From NCBI GenBank assembly GCA_036676985.1, contig JAKFBU010000027.1, positions 128,001 through 192,000 on the forward strand: DNA of 64,000 bases, read 5' to 3'. The notes below the pieces were generated by a model, which did not search any database, had not been told where the DNA came from, and saw only the letters and a list, made by a program, of their open reading frames with translations. The position numbers and the translations under genes are program-made. Shown piece by piece: positions 1 through 9,406 of the stretch. The DNA comes from Candidatus Sericytochromatia bacterium. GTDB lineage: Bacteria; Cyanobacteriota; Sericytochromatia; S15B-MN24; UBA4093. The first letter of the stretch is position 1. The number at the start of each line of letters is the position of its first letter.

Positions 1-2250
1 GCCTCCGCCCTCATCATCAATCCGGCGGGCCTGGGCGCGAGCGCCGGGGCGACGACCATGCTCACCCAGCAGGGCTGGGCCTCGGGCACCAGCCGCATCC
101 TCCTGAACGCAGGCTCCCTGGGCTTGGGCTACAGCAACATCAACCAGGGCACCTCCTCCAACGATTACACGCTCGGCCTCGGGTTCGCGCTCACGGACAG
201 CTGGCGCTGGGGCATGAGCTATCACTTGCCCGCCGAGGGCCGGCCCTGGAGCTACGACCTCGGTGTCCTCGCCCGCCCGATGAACTACCTGGCGCTCGGG
301 GCCACCGTCCGCAACGTCTTTGCCACCCCCGGGGCCTTCGGCTCCTCGGGGCGCGATTACCAGTTGGGGGCGGCCTTCCGCCCGTTCGGTCCACGCTGGA
401 CGCTGAGCCTGGATTTGCCCTACAACGACGCCCAGCCCTTCGGCTGGACGACTCTGCAGCCCTTCGTCGGCCTCGACGCCGAGATCATCGAAGGCCTGCA
501 CCTCAGGGGTTGGGCCGACACGGCAGGGAGCTTCCAGGTGGGCGTGGCCGTCCACTCGTTCCAGCTCGGAGCGGGCGTTATGGGCACGGCGAGCCAGGCG
601 GGCGGCTACCTTCGCCTGTCGGCCGTCCGCGAGCGCTCGGCCATCGGCGCCCATGGCACGCAATGGGCCAAGCTCGACCTCGCCCAGGCGCTCAGCATTT
701 CTCAAGACGGGGGCCTCATCGGTCCCACGCAGGACGTACCGACGGTCTATCCGGTCCTGCAGGCCATCGCCGATGCGCAAAAGGATCCGCAGGTCGGTGC
801 CCTGGTCTTGAAGCTCGGACCCACGAGCGCCGGCTGGGCCACCCTCGAAGAGGTACGCGCGGCGCTCGTGCGCTTCAAGCAATCGGGCAAGCCCGTCTGG
901 GCCTACATGGAGGACGGGGACTTCGCGAGCTACTACGTGGCGAGCGCGGCCGACCGCGTCTTCATGAACCCGCTGGGCAGCGTGGACTTTTCGGGCATCC
1001 ACCACACCTACACCTACTTCAAGGGGCTCCTGGGCAACCTGGGCATCGAGCCTCAGTTCATCGCCATGGGCCGCTACAAGACGGCCATGGAGGGGTTCGA
1101 GCGCACGGATCCGAGCCCCGCCCAGCGCGAGCAGGGACAGGCCATGCTCGATGACCAGTACCACCGCGTGGTGGCCGCCGTCGCGGCCGCCCGCAAGCTG
1201 CCCGTCGAACAGGTCCGCTCCTTGGTCGCTCAGGCCCGCTTCGTTGCCCCCGAGGCCCAGGCGGCAGGCCTCGTGGACGAGATCGCCAACCGCGACCAGG
1301 TCCCCAAGCGCCTCGAGGAGGTGCAAGGCCGCAGCCTCAACTCCGTGAACGTCCTGAGGCTCCGCTACCGGACGGAGGCCTGGGCGCCGCCCAAGGTCGC
1401 CATCGTGCATGCGGCCGGCAGCATCGCCGAGGGCCGCAGTGGCAACGACCTGCTGCAGGGAGCGCAACTCGGCGCCGAAACCATCGCCGACGCCCTGCGC
1501 GAGGTTCGCGAGGACGCGGGCATCAAGGCCGTCGTCTTCCGGGTGGACAGCCCCGGCGGATCGGCCATGGCCTCGGAGGTCATGCGCCGGGAGCTCGAGC
1601 TCTTGGCCCAAAAGAAGCCGGTCGTCGTCTCCATGGGAGACGTGGCGGCCTCGGGCGGCTACTGGGTCGCCATGATCCCAAAGACCACGGTCTTCGCCGA
1701 CCCTGGGACCATCACGGGGTCCATCGGCGTCATCGTGGGCAAGTTCAACATCAACGGCCTCCTGACCAAGTGGGGCATCACCAACACCACCCTCAAGCAG
1801 GGACCGCACGCCGACATGGACAGCGCCGTCCGTCCCTTCACGCCCGAAGAGGAGGCCAAGCTCCGGGCATCCGGCGAGTTCTACTACGGCCGCTTCGTGA
1901 GCCTGGTGGCGACCCACCGGGACCTCTCGGAAGGTAGGGTGCGGGAGCTCGCGAGCGGACGCGTCTACACCGGGGCCATGGCCCAGAAGCTAGGCCTCGT
2001 GGACAAGCTAGCCGGCCTCGACGAGGCCCTCATGGAGGCCAGGCAACGGGCGGGACTCGCCAACGAGGAGGTCAAGCTCGCCTTCTATCCCGAGGTGAAC
2101 CCCTTCTCGGCCATCCTCGACGACACGAACGGCGGCCTGCGCTTGAAGACGGATCTCTCGATCGCCCAGGAGCTCCGTGAGTCGGTGGATCGGCTGGGTC
2201 CTTGGGGGCAGAATCGGGTCTGGCTCTTGCCCGGCCCACAGGAGGAGTAG
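1..2250 (+). CDS. sppA: Signal peptide peptidase SppA (S49, two-domain) with N-terminal beta-strand-rich domain; 5'-partial
   Basis: Motifs GRYKTA (Lys), RVDSPGGS, SMGDVAASGGYW (Ser), TITGSIGV, GRVYTG. The frame is open from base 1 (ASALIINPAGLG), so the true start is probably upstream of the window. Confidence 0.9.
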   Translation, partial: ASALIINPAGLGASAGATTMLTQQGWASGTSRILLNAGSLGLGYSNINQGTSSNDYTLGLGFALTDSWRWGMSYHLPAEGRPWSYDLGVLARPMNYLALGATVRNVFATPGAFGSSGRDYQLGAAFRPFGPRWTLSLDLPYNDAQPFGWTTLQPFVGLDAEIIEGLHLRGWADTAGSFQVGVAVHSFQLGAGVMGTASQAGGYLRLSAVRERSAIGAHGTQWAKLDLAQALSISQDGGLIGPTQDVPTVYPVLQAIADAQKDPQVGALVLKLGPTSAGWATLEEVRAALVRFKQSGKPVWAYMEDGDFASYYVASAADRVFMNPLGSVDFSGIHHTYTYFKGLLGNLGIEPQFIAMGRYKTAMEGFERTDPSPAQREQGQAMLDDQYHRVVAAVAAARKLPVEQVRSLVAQARFVAPEAQAAGLVDEIANRDQVPKRLEEVQGRSLNSVNVLRLRYRTEAWAPPKVAIVHAAGSIAEGRSGNDLLQGAQLGAETIADALREVREDAGIKAVVFRVDSPGGSAMASEVMRRELELLAQKKPVVVSMGDVAASGGYWVAMIPKTTVFADPGTITGSIGVIVGKFNINGLLTKWGITNTTLKQGPHADMDSAVRPFTPEEEAKLRASGEFYYGRFVSLVATHRDLSEGRVRELASGRVYTGAMAQKLGLVDKLAGLDEALMEARQRAGLANEEVKLAFYPEVNPFSAILDDTNGGLRLKTDLSIAQELRESVDRLGPWGQNRVWLLPGPQEE

Positions 2251-2252
2251 CC

Positions 2253-2711
2253 ATGGAGTTGACGCCGCGGATCCTCGGGCTCGACGTGGGGACCAAGACC
2301 ATCGGGGTTGCCGTCAGCGATCCCCTCGGCCTGACCGCACAGCCCGTCGAGACGGTTCGACGCAAGGGGACGCAAGCCGACTTGGCCGAATTGCGGCGCC
2401 TCGTCGAGCTATACAACCCAGAACGGTTTGTGGTAGGCTATCCCCTGAGCATGAGCGGCCTCCCAGGCCCGCAGGCGCAGTTTGTCGAGGAGTTCGTCGA
2501 GCACCTGCGCACCCTCGGACTTCCCGTGGACCTGGTGGACGAGCGGCTGACCACGAAGCAGGCCGCCAACGCCCTGATCGACAGCGGGATGCGCCGCGAC
2601 AAGCGCAAGGCGGTGATCGATCAGCAGGCGGCCCTCTTGATCCTGCAGGGGTACCTCGATCGCCTGAAGCGCTCGACCGAGCCGACTCGGTCACCCCGGG
2701 ATGATGCATGA
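2253..2711 (+). CDS. ruvX: YqgF/RuvX family RNase H-fold nuclease
   Basis: ILGLDVGTKTIGVAVSD, VVGYP, DERLTT, IDQQAA..ILQGYL; AGGAGG before ATG 2253. Confidence 0.95.
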   Translation: MELTPRILGLDVGTKTIGVAVSDPLGLTAQPVETVRRKGTQADLAELRRLVELYNPERFVVGYPLSMSGLPGPQAQFVEEFVEHLRTLGLPVDLVDERLTTKQAANALIDSGMRRDKRKAVIDQQAALLILQGYLDRLKRSTEPTRSPRDDA

Positions 2712-2770
2712 CACGGCGCCCGTGGCGGCAAGCGACAGCTTGCGGCCACATCGATGAAAGGACCTTAGAC

Positions 2771-3037
2771 ATGGAAGAAGCCAAGGAAGACATCGTCACC
2801 CTGGTCGACGAGGACGGCAACGAGCACGAGTTCGCGGTGGTCGACATCATCGAGGTCGACGACAAGGAGTACGCCCTCCTGATGCCCGCCGAGGGCGAGG
2901 CCGAGGGTGACGAGGACAGCGAGGACGTGCTCGTCCTGCGCTTCGAGGATGACTCCCTGGTCATGATCGAGGACGAGGCCGAGTTCAACAAGGTCGTCAA
3001 GTACCTCGAGGAGCTCGGCGAGCAGGTCGAGGGCTAA
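2771..3037 (+). CDS. DUF1292-like small acidic protein
   Basis: IVTLVDEDGNEHEF...KEYALL...IEDEAEF; usual position downstream of ruvX. Confidence 0.85.
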   Translation: MEEAKEDIVTLVDEDGNEHEFAVVDIIEVDDKEYALLMPAEGEAEGDEDSEDVLVLRFEDDSLVMIEDEAEFNKVVKYLEELGEQVEG

Positions 3038-3053
3038 CCTCGGTCGATCCCCG

Positions 3054-3123
3054 AAAAGCCGCCGGCGTCACCGCTTCCGGCCCCGCCGGAGGCGGGCCGG
3101 AGCCGTTAACGGTCGGCGGTTTG
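3054..3123 (+). terminator. Long imperfect GC-rich hairpin after the DUF1292 gene
   Basis: AAGCCGCCGGCG..CCGGCCCCGCC/GGCGGGCCGG..CGGTCGGCGGTTT. Confidence 0.5.
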
Positions 3124-3182
3124 TGCTTGCCGCTTTAGATCGGTGGCGCCGGGGGGTATAGCATGCACACGCGTCCGTCACC

Positions 3183-4286
3183 ATGTCGAGAATTCGGACG
3201 CAAGGAGGATCGGTGCCCAAGCGCGACGAAGAACTGGAGTACGAGTACGACGAAGAGGCCGAAGGCTTCGACGAGGACGAGTACGAGGACGAAGAAGCCT
3301 ACGCGGACGACGACGAGTACGAGGAGGACGACGAGGACTCCGAGTACGAGGACGACGAGTACGAAGACGAGGAAGAAGGCTCCGGCGGCGGCTGGATGAA
3401 GAAGGCCGCGTTCGCCGTGGCCGGCCTCCTGGTCCTCGGCGGTGGAGCGTACGCCTACCTACAGGGTATGCTGCCCTTCTCGCCCAAGCCTGAGGTCGCT
3501 CAGGAGGTCGTTCAGCCTGCGGGCGGGTTCGCCAACCCCAACGGCATGGGCAAGATCGCGCCGACTCCGGGCCTGCCCGCGGTCGATCAGGCCGTTCCCA
3601 AGGAGCCGCCCGTCGCGGAAGCCCCCAAGGAAGAGCCCGCCAAGCCGGTCGAGGCCGCCAAGGAGCCGGCGCCGGTTCAGGAGGCCAAGGTCGCCGCGAA
3701 CCAGCCCGCCAAGCCTGCGGCGAAGCCCGCCGTCAAGCCGGTCCAGAAGGCCGTGGCCAAGGCGGCTCCCAAGCCGGTCGAAAAGCCCGTCGTGAAGCCC
3801 GCGGTCGCCGCGGCTCCCAGCGGGAAGGGTGCCTTCTCGGTCCAGTGCGGCGCCTTCGCGTCGCCCACCAATGCGGACAACCTGGTCCGGGCGCTTGGAG
3901 CCAAGGGGTTCCAGGCCTGGGTCTCGAACGGTGCGAACCAGAGCTCGGGCGCCTATTCCATCCGAACGACGGTGGTCAACTCGGCCGCCAAGGCCGAGGA
4001 GTTGAAGGCCAAGTTCGCGAGTGCCGGTCATCCGGGCGCCGTCGTTCCGGCGGGACGCGGTCGCTATGTCCTCCAGCTCGGCATCTTCTCCCAGCGCGCC
4101 CGCGCCGAGGCGCTCGCCGGCGAGATGCGGTCCAAGGGACTCTTCGTCTCGGTCTCGGGCGGCAAGGCCAAGCTCCGCACAGCGAACAAGGTCTACGTCG
4201 GCAAGTTCGCGAGCCAGGCGCAGGCCGCGGCCGCGGCCGCCAAGGTGCGCCAGCAGGGCGTGCCCGCGATCGTCGTTCACCTCTAA
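3183..4286 (+). CDS. Membrane-anchored SPOR-domain (peptidoglycan-binding) protein
   Basis: Acidic N-terminus, one TM helix, Pro/Ala/Lys linker, SPOR-like repeats (FSVQCGAFAS..NA, YVLQLGIFS, VYVGKFAS). Alternative GTG start at 3213. Confidence 0.8.
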   Translation: MSRIRTQGGSVPKRDEELEYEYDEEAEGFDEDEYEDEEAYADDDEYEEDDEDSEYEDDEYEDEEEGSGGGWMKKAAFAVAGLLVLGGGAYAYLQGMLPFSPKPEVAQEVVQPAGGFANPNGMGKIAPTPGLPAVDQAVPKEPPVAEAPKEEPAKPVEAAKEPAPVQEAKVAANQPAKPAAKPAVKPVQKAVAKAAPKPVEKPVVKPAVAAAPSGKGAFSVQCGAFASPTNADNLVRALGAKGFQAWVSNGANQSSGAYSIRTTVVNSAAKAEELKAKFASAGHPGAVVPAGRGRYVLQLGIFSQRARAEALAGEMRSKGLFVSVSGGKAKLRTANKVYVGKFASQAQAAAAAAKVRQQGVPAIVVHL

Positions 4287-4302
4287 CCCCGCTCTACGGA
4301 CG

Positions 4303-5181
4303 TCAGGGTCGTTCCACGCAGACCGAAAGGCTGCGCGGGACGACCTTGAAGTTTAGGGGCGAGCGAAACCACCGGGTCTCTCCGTCCACGTTGAGGAGCA
4401 CCCGGCCCTTGCCCACCACGCCGAGCCGATCGGTCCGGAAGTTTCGGCTGCCGAGGCGCTCGAACAGGGTCTGTCCCGGCGTGGCCGCCCCTCTGGCCAG
4501 ATTGCGCACCCCGGGCTCGATGAGCACCACGTCCAGGAGGCCGTCGTCGAAGCTGGCCTCGCTGGTGACCCGGAACCCGCCCCCGAAGCAGCACCCGTTG
4601 GCAATGGTGACCTGGTAGGCCTCGACCTGCTCGCAGGTCGTCGCGAGGCAGACGGTGACGGGCACCACGCGACGCTGCCCGATCCGGGTGACGACCTCTA
4701 CCGCGTAGGCCCAGCGTCCCCAGCGTCGCTTGCGATCCCGGGAGATGCCGTCAGCCACCTCTGCGCTCAGGCCCAGGCTCGCCACGTTCAGGAAGTACCG
4801 CCCGTTCACCCACCCCAGGTCGAGCCGCTCCGAGTAGCCGCCATGCACGATTTCCAGGGCCGCCTCCACGTCCAGAGGCAGGCCGATGGAGCGGGCGAAG
4901 TCGTTGGCCGACCCGCAGGGGATGACGCCGAGCGTCGCCTGGGACCCGGCCATGCCGTTTACGACCAGGTGGAGCGTGCCGTCCCCGCCGGCCACGACCA
5001 CCCGCTCGCAGCCGGTTTGCACGGCCCGCCGCACGAACGAGATCGTGCGCTCCGAGGCGCAGGCGTGCCGCTCGACGTTCCAGCCCCAGGACTCCATGGT
5101 GCGGGCGATCGCCGCAGCCGAGCAGCGGCGGCCCATGGGCCCCGCGTGGGGGTTGTAAACGAGCAAGGCATTTCGACCCAT
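4303..5181 (-). CDS. Diacylglycerol/lipid kinase family protein (YegS/DagK-like)
   Basis: NPHAG, AGGDGT, GVIPCGSANDFA, NVDGE; start placed at ATG 5181. Confidence 0.9.
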   Translation of the reverse strand: MGRNALLVYNPHAGPMGRRCSAAAIARTMESWGWNVERHACASERTISFVRRAVQTGCERVVVAGGDGTLHLVVNGMAGSQATLGVIPCGSANDFARSIGLPLDVEAALEIVHGGYSERLDLGWVNGRYFLNVASLGLSAEVADGISRDRKRRWGRWAYAVEVVTRIGQRRVVPVTVCLATTCEQVEAYQVTIANGCCFGGGFRVTSEASFDDGLLDVVLIEPGVRNLARGAATPGQTLFERLGSRNFRTDRLGVVGKGRVLLNVDGETRWFRSPLNFKVVPRSLSVCVERP

Positions 5182-5302
5182 GGGGCACCTCTTCACGGAG
5201 CTTAACATACGAAGGGCTGAGGTGGCCCAGCGGTGCGGGTAAGCAGCCGTTAAGAGGCTGCAAAGCCAGTAATGGCGCGGGAGATACAGCTTAATGAAGG
5301 AG

Positions 5303-5332
5303 TTGACTGAGTAGAACAAGGTAAGGTAGGAT
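5303..5332 (+). promoter_or_regulatory. Putative sigma70 promoter for the zinc-ribbon gene
   Basis: TTGACT-18bp-TAGGAT in an AT-rich intergenic region. Confidence 0.45.
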
Positions 5333-5474
5333 TGCTCCTAGTTCTTGTTTCTAGGGGTTTTCTGGCTGGTAACCAAGCTCTGGAAGTTCCGAAATCATCG
5401 CGTATCCACTTCGGGTCGGCAACGGTGGGCAAGAACTGGTGTTCCAGATCGTCACTTGGAGGATTCTGAAGACG

Positions 5475-5771
5475 ATGCAAGACAAGGTCATCAACTGCCG
5501 CGATTGCGGCGCCCAGTTCACCTTCACCGTTGGTGAGCAGGAGTTCTACGCCCAGAAGGGGTACACGAACGACCCGCAGCGCTGCCCCTCGTGCCGTGCG
5601 GCCCGCAAGGCCTCCACGGGCGGTGCGGCCACCGGCGCCCGGCCTCAGCGCGAGCTGTTCCCGGCCCAGTGCGCCGAGTGCGGCGTGGAGACGAAGGTTC
5701 CCTTCCGACCCACCCAGGGCAAGCCGGTCTACTGCTCGGACTGCTACCGCAAGGTCGCGCCCGCCCGCTAG
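5475..5771 (+). CDS. Double zinc-ribbon protein (zf-trcl + CxxC-x17-CxxC type)
   Basis: CRDC..FTFTVGEQEFY..P.RCPSCR and CAECG..VPFRP..PVYCSDC; GGAGGA RBS. Confidence 0.9.
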   Translation: MQDKVINCRDCGAQFTFTVGEQEFYAQKGYTNDPQRCPSCRAARKASTGGAATGARPQRELFPAQCAECGVETKVPFRPTQGKPVYCSDCYRKVAPAR

Positions 5772-5783
5772 GACCCGATTCCC

Positions 5784-5823
5784 AAAGAGCGCGCCGGACC
5801 CACGGGTCCGGCGCGCTCTTTTC
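5784..5823 (+). terminator. Rho-independent terminator
   Basis: AAAGAGCGCGCCGGACCC-AC-GGGTCCGGCGCGCTCTTT followed by TT. Confidence 0.85.
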
Positions 5824-5908
5824 ATGGCGCCGGGCGGCCATTTCGTCCGGGGGCGTTATGAAGTAAGGTAAAGCGCGAAACGCTCGATCCGACGGAAGGA
5901 GGACCCGC

Positions 5909-6238
5909 ATGCCCCAGCGCCGACCCAAGCCGGACGCCATCAGCCTCGAGCGGAAACTCCAGCCCGAACCGTTGCCGCCCCTGCCCAAGAACCGCAACGG
6001 CGGCGTCCTCGACACGCAGGCGGAGCGCTCCTACCACCACGCGGGCGCCTTGCCCGATCTGAGCCACGTGGAGTGCCTGCCGCCTACTCAGGGGCCCATC
6101 AGGGAGCGCACCCAAGAGGAGGAGGAAGCCATGGAGGGCGTCATGGAAGGCCGTGGGGGCGATCCCAAGGAGGAGGCCTACCAGCCTCCGGTGGACGTGC
6201 CCTTCGGGGGCGAGGGACCGGCCGAGCGCTTCGACTAG
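5909..6238 (+). CDS. Hypothetical Pro/Glu-rich protein
   Basis: AGGAGG RBS, typical codon usage, no recognised motif. Confidence 0.6.
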   Translation: MPQRRPKPDAISLERKLQPEPLPPLPKNRNGGVLDTQAERSYHHAGALPDLSHVECLPPTQGPIRERTQEEEEAMEGVMEGRGGDPKEEAYQPPVDVPFGGEGPAERFD

Positions 6239-7350
6239 GGCTCGGCGGCCTCGGTGGGGATGAGGACCAGGGCGTTGCTGACCTCGCGGACCCAGCCCGT
6301 GGCGATCTTGGTGACGGGCTGACCCTTGATGACCATGGTCGTAGAACCGCCACCGTCCCAGTTGAGCGCCTCGACGGCCCCCAGGGACAGGAAGAGCTGG
6401 GTGACCTCGTCGAGGTTGGTGCCCATGCTGTGGCCGGGGCGCCGGCCGTCGACCGTGATCCAGACCATCTTGCCCTCGCGCGTGAGCCCGACGGCCGTGC
6501 GAGGCTCGCGACCCTTGAGGATGCTCCAGTTGAAGCCCTTAAGGGGCACCTTTTTGCCCTCGTGGACGAGCATGGGGCCTCCCTCGAGACCCTGAAGGGC
6601 CTCGTTCCAGGGGTAGCCGAGCCCCGTGGCGTTCTGCACCGGGGTCTGGTCGGGCTCCGGGGTGGGGGCCGCCTGGGCCGTCTGACGGCGGACGACGGTG
6701 CCGAGGGCGAGCATGGTCCGGGCCATGAGGCCCTGGGGCGGCTCGCTGGGCGCGACGGCCACCGGGGCGTCCGGCGTGCTCAGGGCTGCGAGACGGTCGA
6801 GCTGCAGGGCGCTCGCGGCGTCGCGTTTGCGCGAGGGCATCCCGAAGAAGACGCGTCCGTCCGGCATGATGCCGAGGGCGGGCCGATCGCCGCGGGCCGC
6901 GTTCACGAGCGCCCCCTCGGAGAGCACCAGGCCGATGGGGTCGCCGTTGGTCTTGCGAACCTTGAACTCGAAGTAGCTGCCGTTGATGGCCGCGAGCGCT
7001 CCCGTCTTGTTCGCGATGCGTCGAGTCGATTCCCGGTAGCTCGGAGCCTTGCCCTTGGCCTGGATGACGGCGACGCGGTAGCGTTCGTCCCGGGGATCGA
7101 ACTCCAGGACGTTCGCGAAGAGCGGGGCCTTCCAGCGGGGCGATTGGCCCGAGTACTGACGCCAGCGCACGCCCGGCGCGATCTCGCGGTCGGAGACCAG
7201 CGGGACGGGAGGCGCCACGGGGGCCACCGGCGGCATGGTCGGGCGCGGCGTCGCAGCCGGCCGCGTGGCCTCGTTGGTGGGCGCCTGGCAGCCCGCGATC
7301 ACGAGCAGGCTCAGGAGGAGGGGGACGAACCGATCGGCTCGAAGGGGCAT
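6235..7350 (-). CDS. Phosphodiester glycosidase (NAGPA-like) family lipoprotein
   Basis: Lipobox IAGC; AAINGSYF, GGPMLV, EPRTAVG, VDGR, ALNWDGGGST, VSNAL. Confidence 0.85.
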   Translation of the reverse strand: MPLRADRFVPLLLSLLVIAGCQAPTNEATRPAATPRPTMPPVAPVAPPVPLVSDREIAPGVRWRQYSGQSPRWKAPLFANVLEFDPRDERYRVAVIQAKGKAPSYRESTRRIANKTGALAAINGSYFEFKVRKTNGDPIGLVLSEGALVNAARGDRPALGIMPDGRVFFGMPSRKRDAASALQLDRLAALSTPDAPVAVAPSEPPQGLMARTMLALGTVVRRQTAQAAPTPEPDQTPVQNATGLGYPWNEALQGLEGGPMLVHEGKKVPLKGFNWSILKGREPRTAVGLTREGKMVWITVDGRRPGHSMGTNLDEVTQLFLSLGAVEALNWDGGGSTTMVIKGQPVTKIATGWVREVSNALVLIPTEAAEP

Positions 7351-7426
7351 GAGAGTGACCTTCTAGGGGGCAATAGCGGCCACCAGACTAGCATGACCGT
7401 GACCTTTCGTCCAAGGCCCGACCGCT

Positions 7427-7831
7427 TCAGAATCCGAGGATGTGCTTGGCCTCCAAGAGCGTCTTGAAGGGGCGATCGCCGAGATCCGGGTTCAAGTCCG
7501 GGTGGAAGAGCTTGGACAGGAGCCGGAAGGCCTTCTGAGCCTCCTCCATGGAAGCGTCGGGCGGCAGGTGCAGGACGCCGCGCGCCCAGGCGCGGTCGTC
7601 GGGCCGGATGCCGAAGGCCTCGGCAAGCGCCGGATCCCCGCCCGCTTCGCTCCAGCCCTTTCGGTAGCCTATCTTGTAGCCGTCGAAATAGCCTTCCTCC
7701 TTGCCCTCGGCAAAGCCGTCGTGCCAGGCGGCATTGACCTCCTCGGCGCAGCGGCGACGCTCCTCGCGGCGCACGAAATCGACGGCCTGCCGGAGCTTGG
7801 CGTCGGGATCGGGCTCGGAGCGGCGGGGCAT
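7427..7831 (-). CDS. Small J-domain protein with N-terminal GxxxG repeat helix
   Basis: C-terminal AFRLLSKLFHPDLN (HPD motif); GFAEGKEEGYFDGYKIGYRKG repeat. Confidence 0.7.
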   Translation of the reverse strand: MPRRSEPDPDAKLRQAVDFVRREERRRCAEEVNAAWHDGFAEGKEEGYFDGYKIGYRKGWSEAGGDPALAEAFGIRPDDRAWARGVLHLPPDASMEEAQKAFRLLSKLFHPDLNPDLGDRPFKTLLEAKHILGF

Positions 7832-7834
7832 GGA

Positions 7835-9364
7835 TCACTCTCCTTGGGGAGCGGCGGCAAGCTGGCCCGGCGTTCCCTTGGGCATTGCGAACGACAGGGC
7901 GAGCGCCATGACGGAGATGGCGAGCATCAGCCAGAAGATGGCATGCAGGCTCGACCCCAGGGCGTCCCGCAGCGCGGCCTCCAGGGCGGGCGGCATGGTG
8001 GCGCGCGCGGCGGCATCCAGGATGCTCTGGGGGTGGGCGACGGCCTGCTCGTAGGCCTTGGCGAGCGTCGGATCCGCCTGGAAGGACGGCGCCTTCTCGG
8101 CCAGGAGCTTGGTGAAGAGGCCCAGCTGGATGCCCCCGAAGACGCTCATGCCAAGCGTGCCGCCGACGCTGCGCAGGAGCTGTACGGTCGAAGTGGCGGA
8201 ACCCAGCTGACGCTTATCCACGGAGCTCTGGACGGCGAGCATGGTCGTCGTCACGACAAAGCCCATGCCGAGGCCCATCAGGATCAGGTCCCGGCCCACC
8301 TGGATGGGCGTGGTGTTCGAGGGCTCGAAGGCCAGGCACAGGAAGCCGACGGCGAGGGTGGCGGCACCCGCCACCGTGAGCAGCCGGAAGCCCAACCGGT
8401 TGATGAGCTGACCGCAGACGGTGGAGCCCGTGACCCAGCCCACCGAGATCATGGTGAGCACGGTGCCCGTGACGGTGGCATTGGCCCCGAGCACCCCCTG
8501 CACGAAGAGGGGCAGGAAGTTGGAGGCCGAGAAGAGGGCAGCCCCTGCCAGGAGGCCCAGGGTGACGGAGGTGCGGAACGTGCCCTGGGAGAAGAGGTGG
8601 ACCGGGATCAGCGGATCCTCGGTCCGCCGCTCGTGCCAGAGGAAGGTGGCGATGGAGGTCACGCCCACCGCGAGCGATCCGAGGGTCAAGGGCGTGACCT
8701 GGCGCTGGCCGAGCTCCATGAGGGCGAAGAGGGTCGCGATCGAGCCGACGGCGAAGAGCGCCGAGCCCAGGTAGTCGATCTTGGGCTGGGCATGGGCATG
8801 GCGCGGCAGGTGCAGGTAGCGGGCGATGAGCACGAGGGCCACGATGCCGATGGGCACGTTGAGGTAGAAGGCCCAGCGCCAGGAGGCGAAGTTGACGAGG
8901 AAGCCGCCGACGGCCGGTCCCACCACCGACGAGATGCCCCACATGGAGCTCAGGAGGCCCTGCATGCGGCCCCGCTCCTCGGGGCTGAAGATGAGGCCGA
9001 AGACGATGAAGCTCATTACCAGGAGGCCGCCTGCCCCGATACCCTGGACGGCCCGAGCGAGCACGAGCTGGGGCATGGTCTGGGCCGCGCCGCAGAGGGC
9101 CGAGCCAACGAGGAAGACGGCGATCGCCGTGATGACGAAGCGACGGTGCCCGAAGAGGTCCGATAGCTTGCCGTAGAGGGGCGTGACGACCATGGAGGCC
9201 AGCATGAAGGCGGTGGCCACCCACGGATAGAGGTCGAGGCCGCCCACGTCGGCGATGACCGTCGGCATGATGGTGCCGACGATCGTGCCGTCCAGGGCGG
9301 CCAGGAACATGCTGAGGAGGATGCCGAAAACGACGAGGCGGCGATCGGTGGGTGAAATGTCCAT
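7835..9364 (-). CDS. MFS multidrug transporter (DHA2/EmrB-QacA type)
   Basis: LAALDGTIV, GKLSDLFG, RAVQGIGAGG, GPAVGG, WRWAFYLNVPIG; many TM segments. Confidence 0.92.
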   Translation of the reverse strand: MDISPTDRRLVVFGILLSMFLAALDGTIVGTIMPTVIADVGGLDLYPWVATAFMLASMVVTPLYGKLSDLFGHRRFVITAIAVFLVGSALCGAAQTMPQLVLARAVQGIGAGGLLVMSFIVFGLIFSPEERGRMQGLLSSMWGISSVVGPAVGGFLVNFASWRWAFYLNVPIGIVALVLIARYLHLPRHAHAQPKIDYLGSALFAVGSIATLFALMELGQRQVTPLTLGSLAVGVTSIATFLWHERRTEDPLIPVHLFSQGTFRTSVTLGLLAGAALFSASNFLPLFVQGVLGANATVTGTVLTMISVGWVTGSTVCGQLINRLGFRLLTVAGAATLAVGFLCLAFEPSNTTPIQVGRDLILMGLGMGFVVTTTMLAVQSSVDKRQLGSATSTVQLLRSVGGTLGMSVFGGIQLGLFTKLLAEKAPSFQADPTLAKAYEQAVAHPQSILDAAARATMPPALEAALRDALGSSLHAIFWLMLAISVMALALSFAMPKGTPGQLAAAPQGE

Positions 9365-9406
9365 CCGACCACCTTAGCGGGGGTCGAATGGCCTGTCAAA
9401 CGCCAT

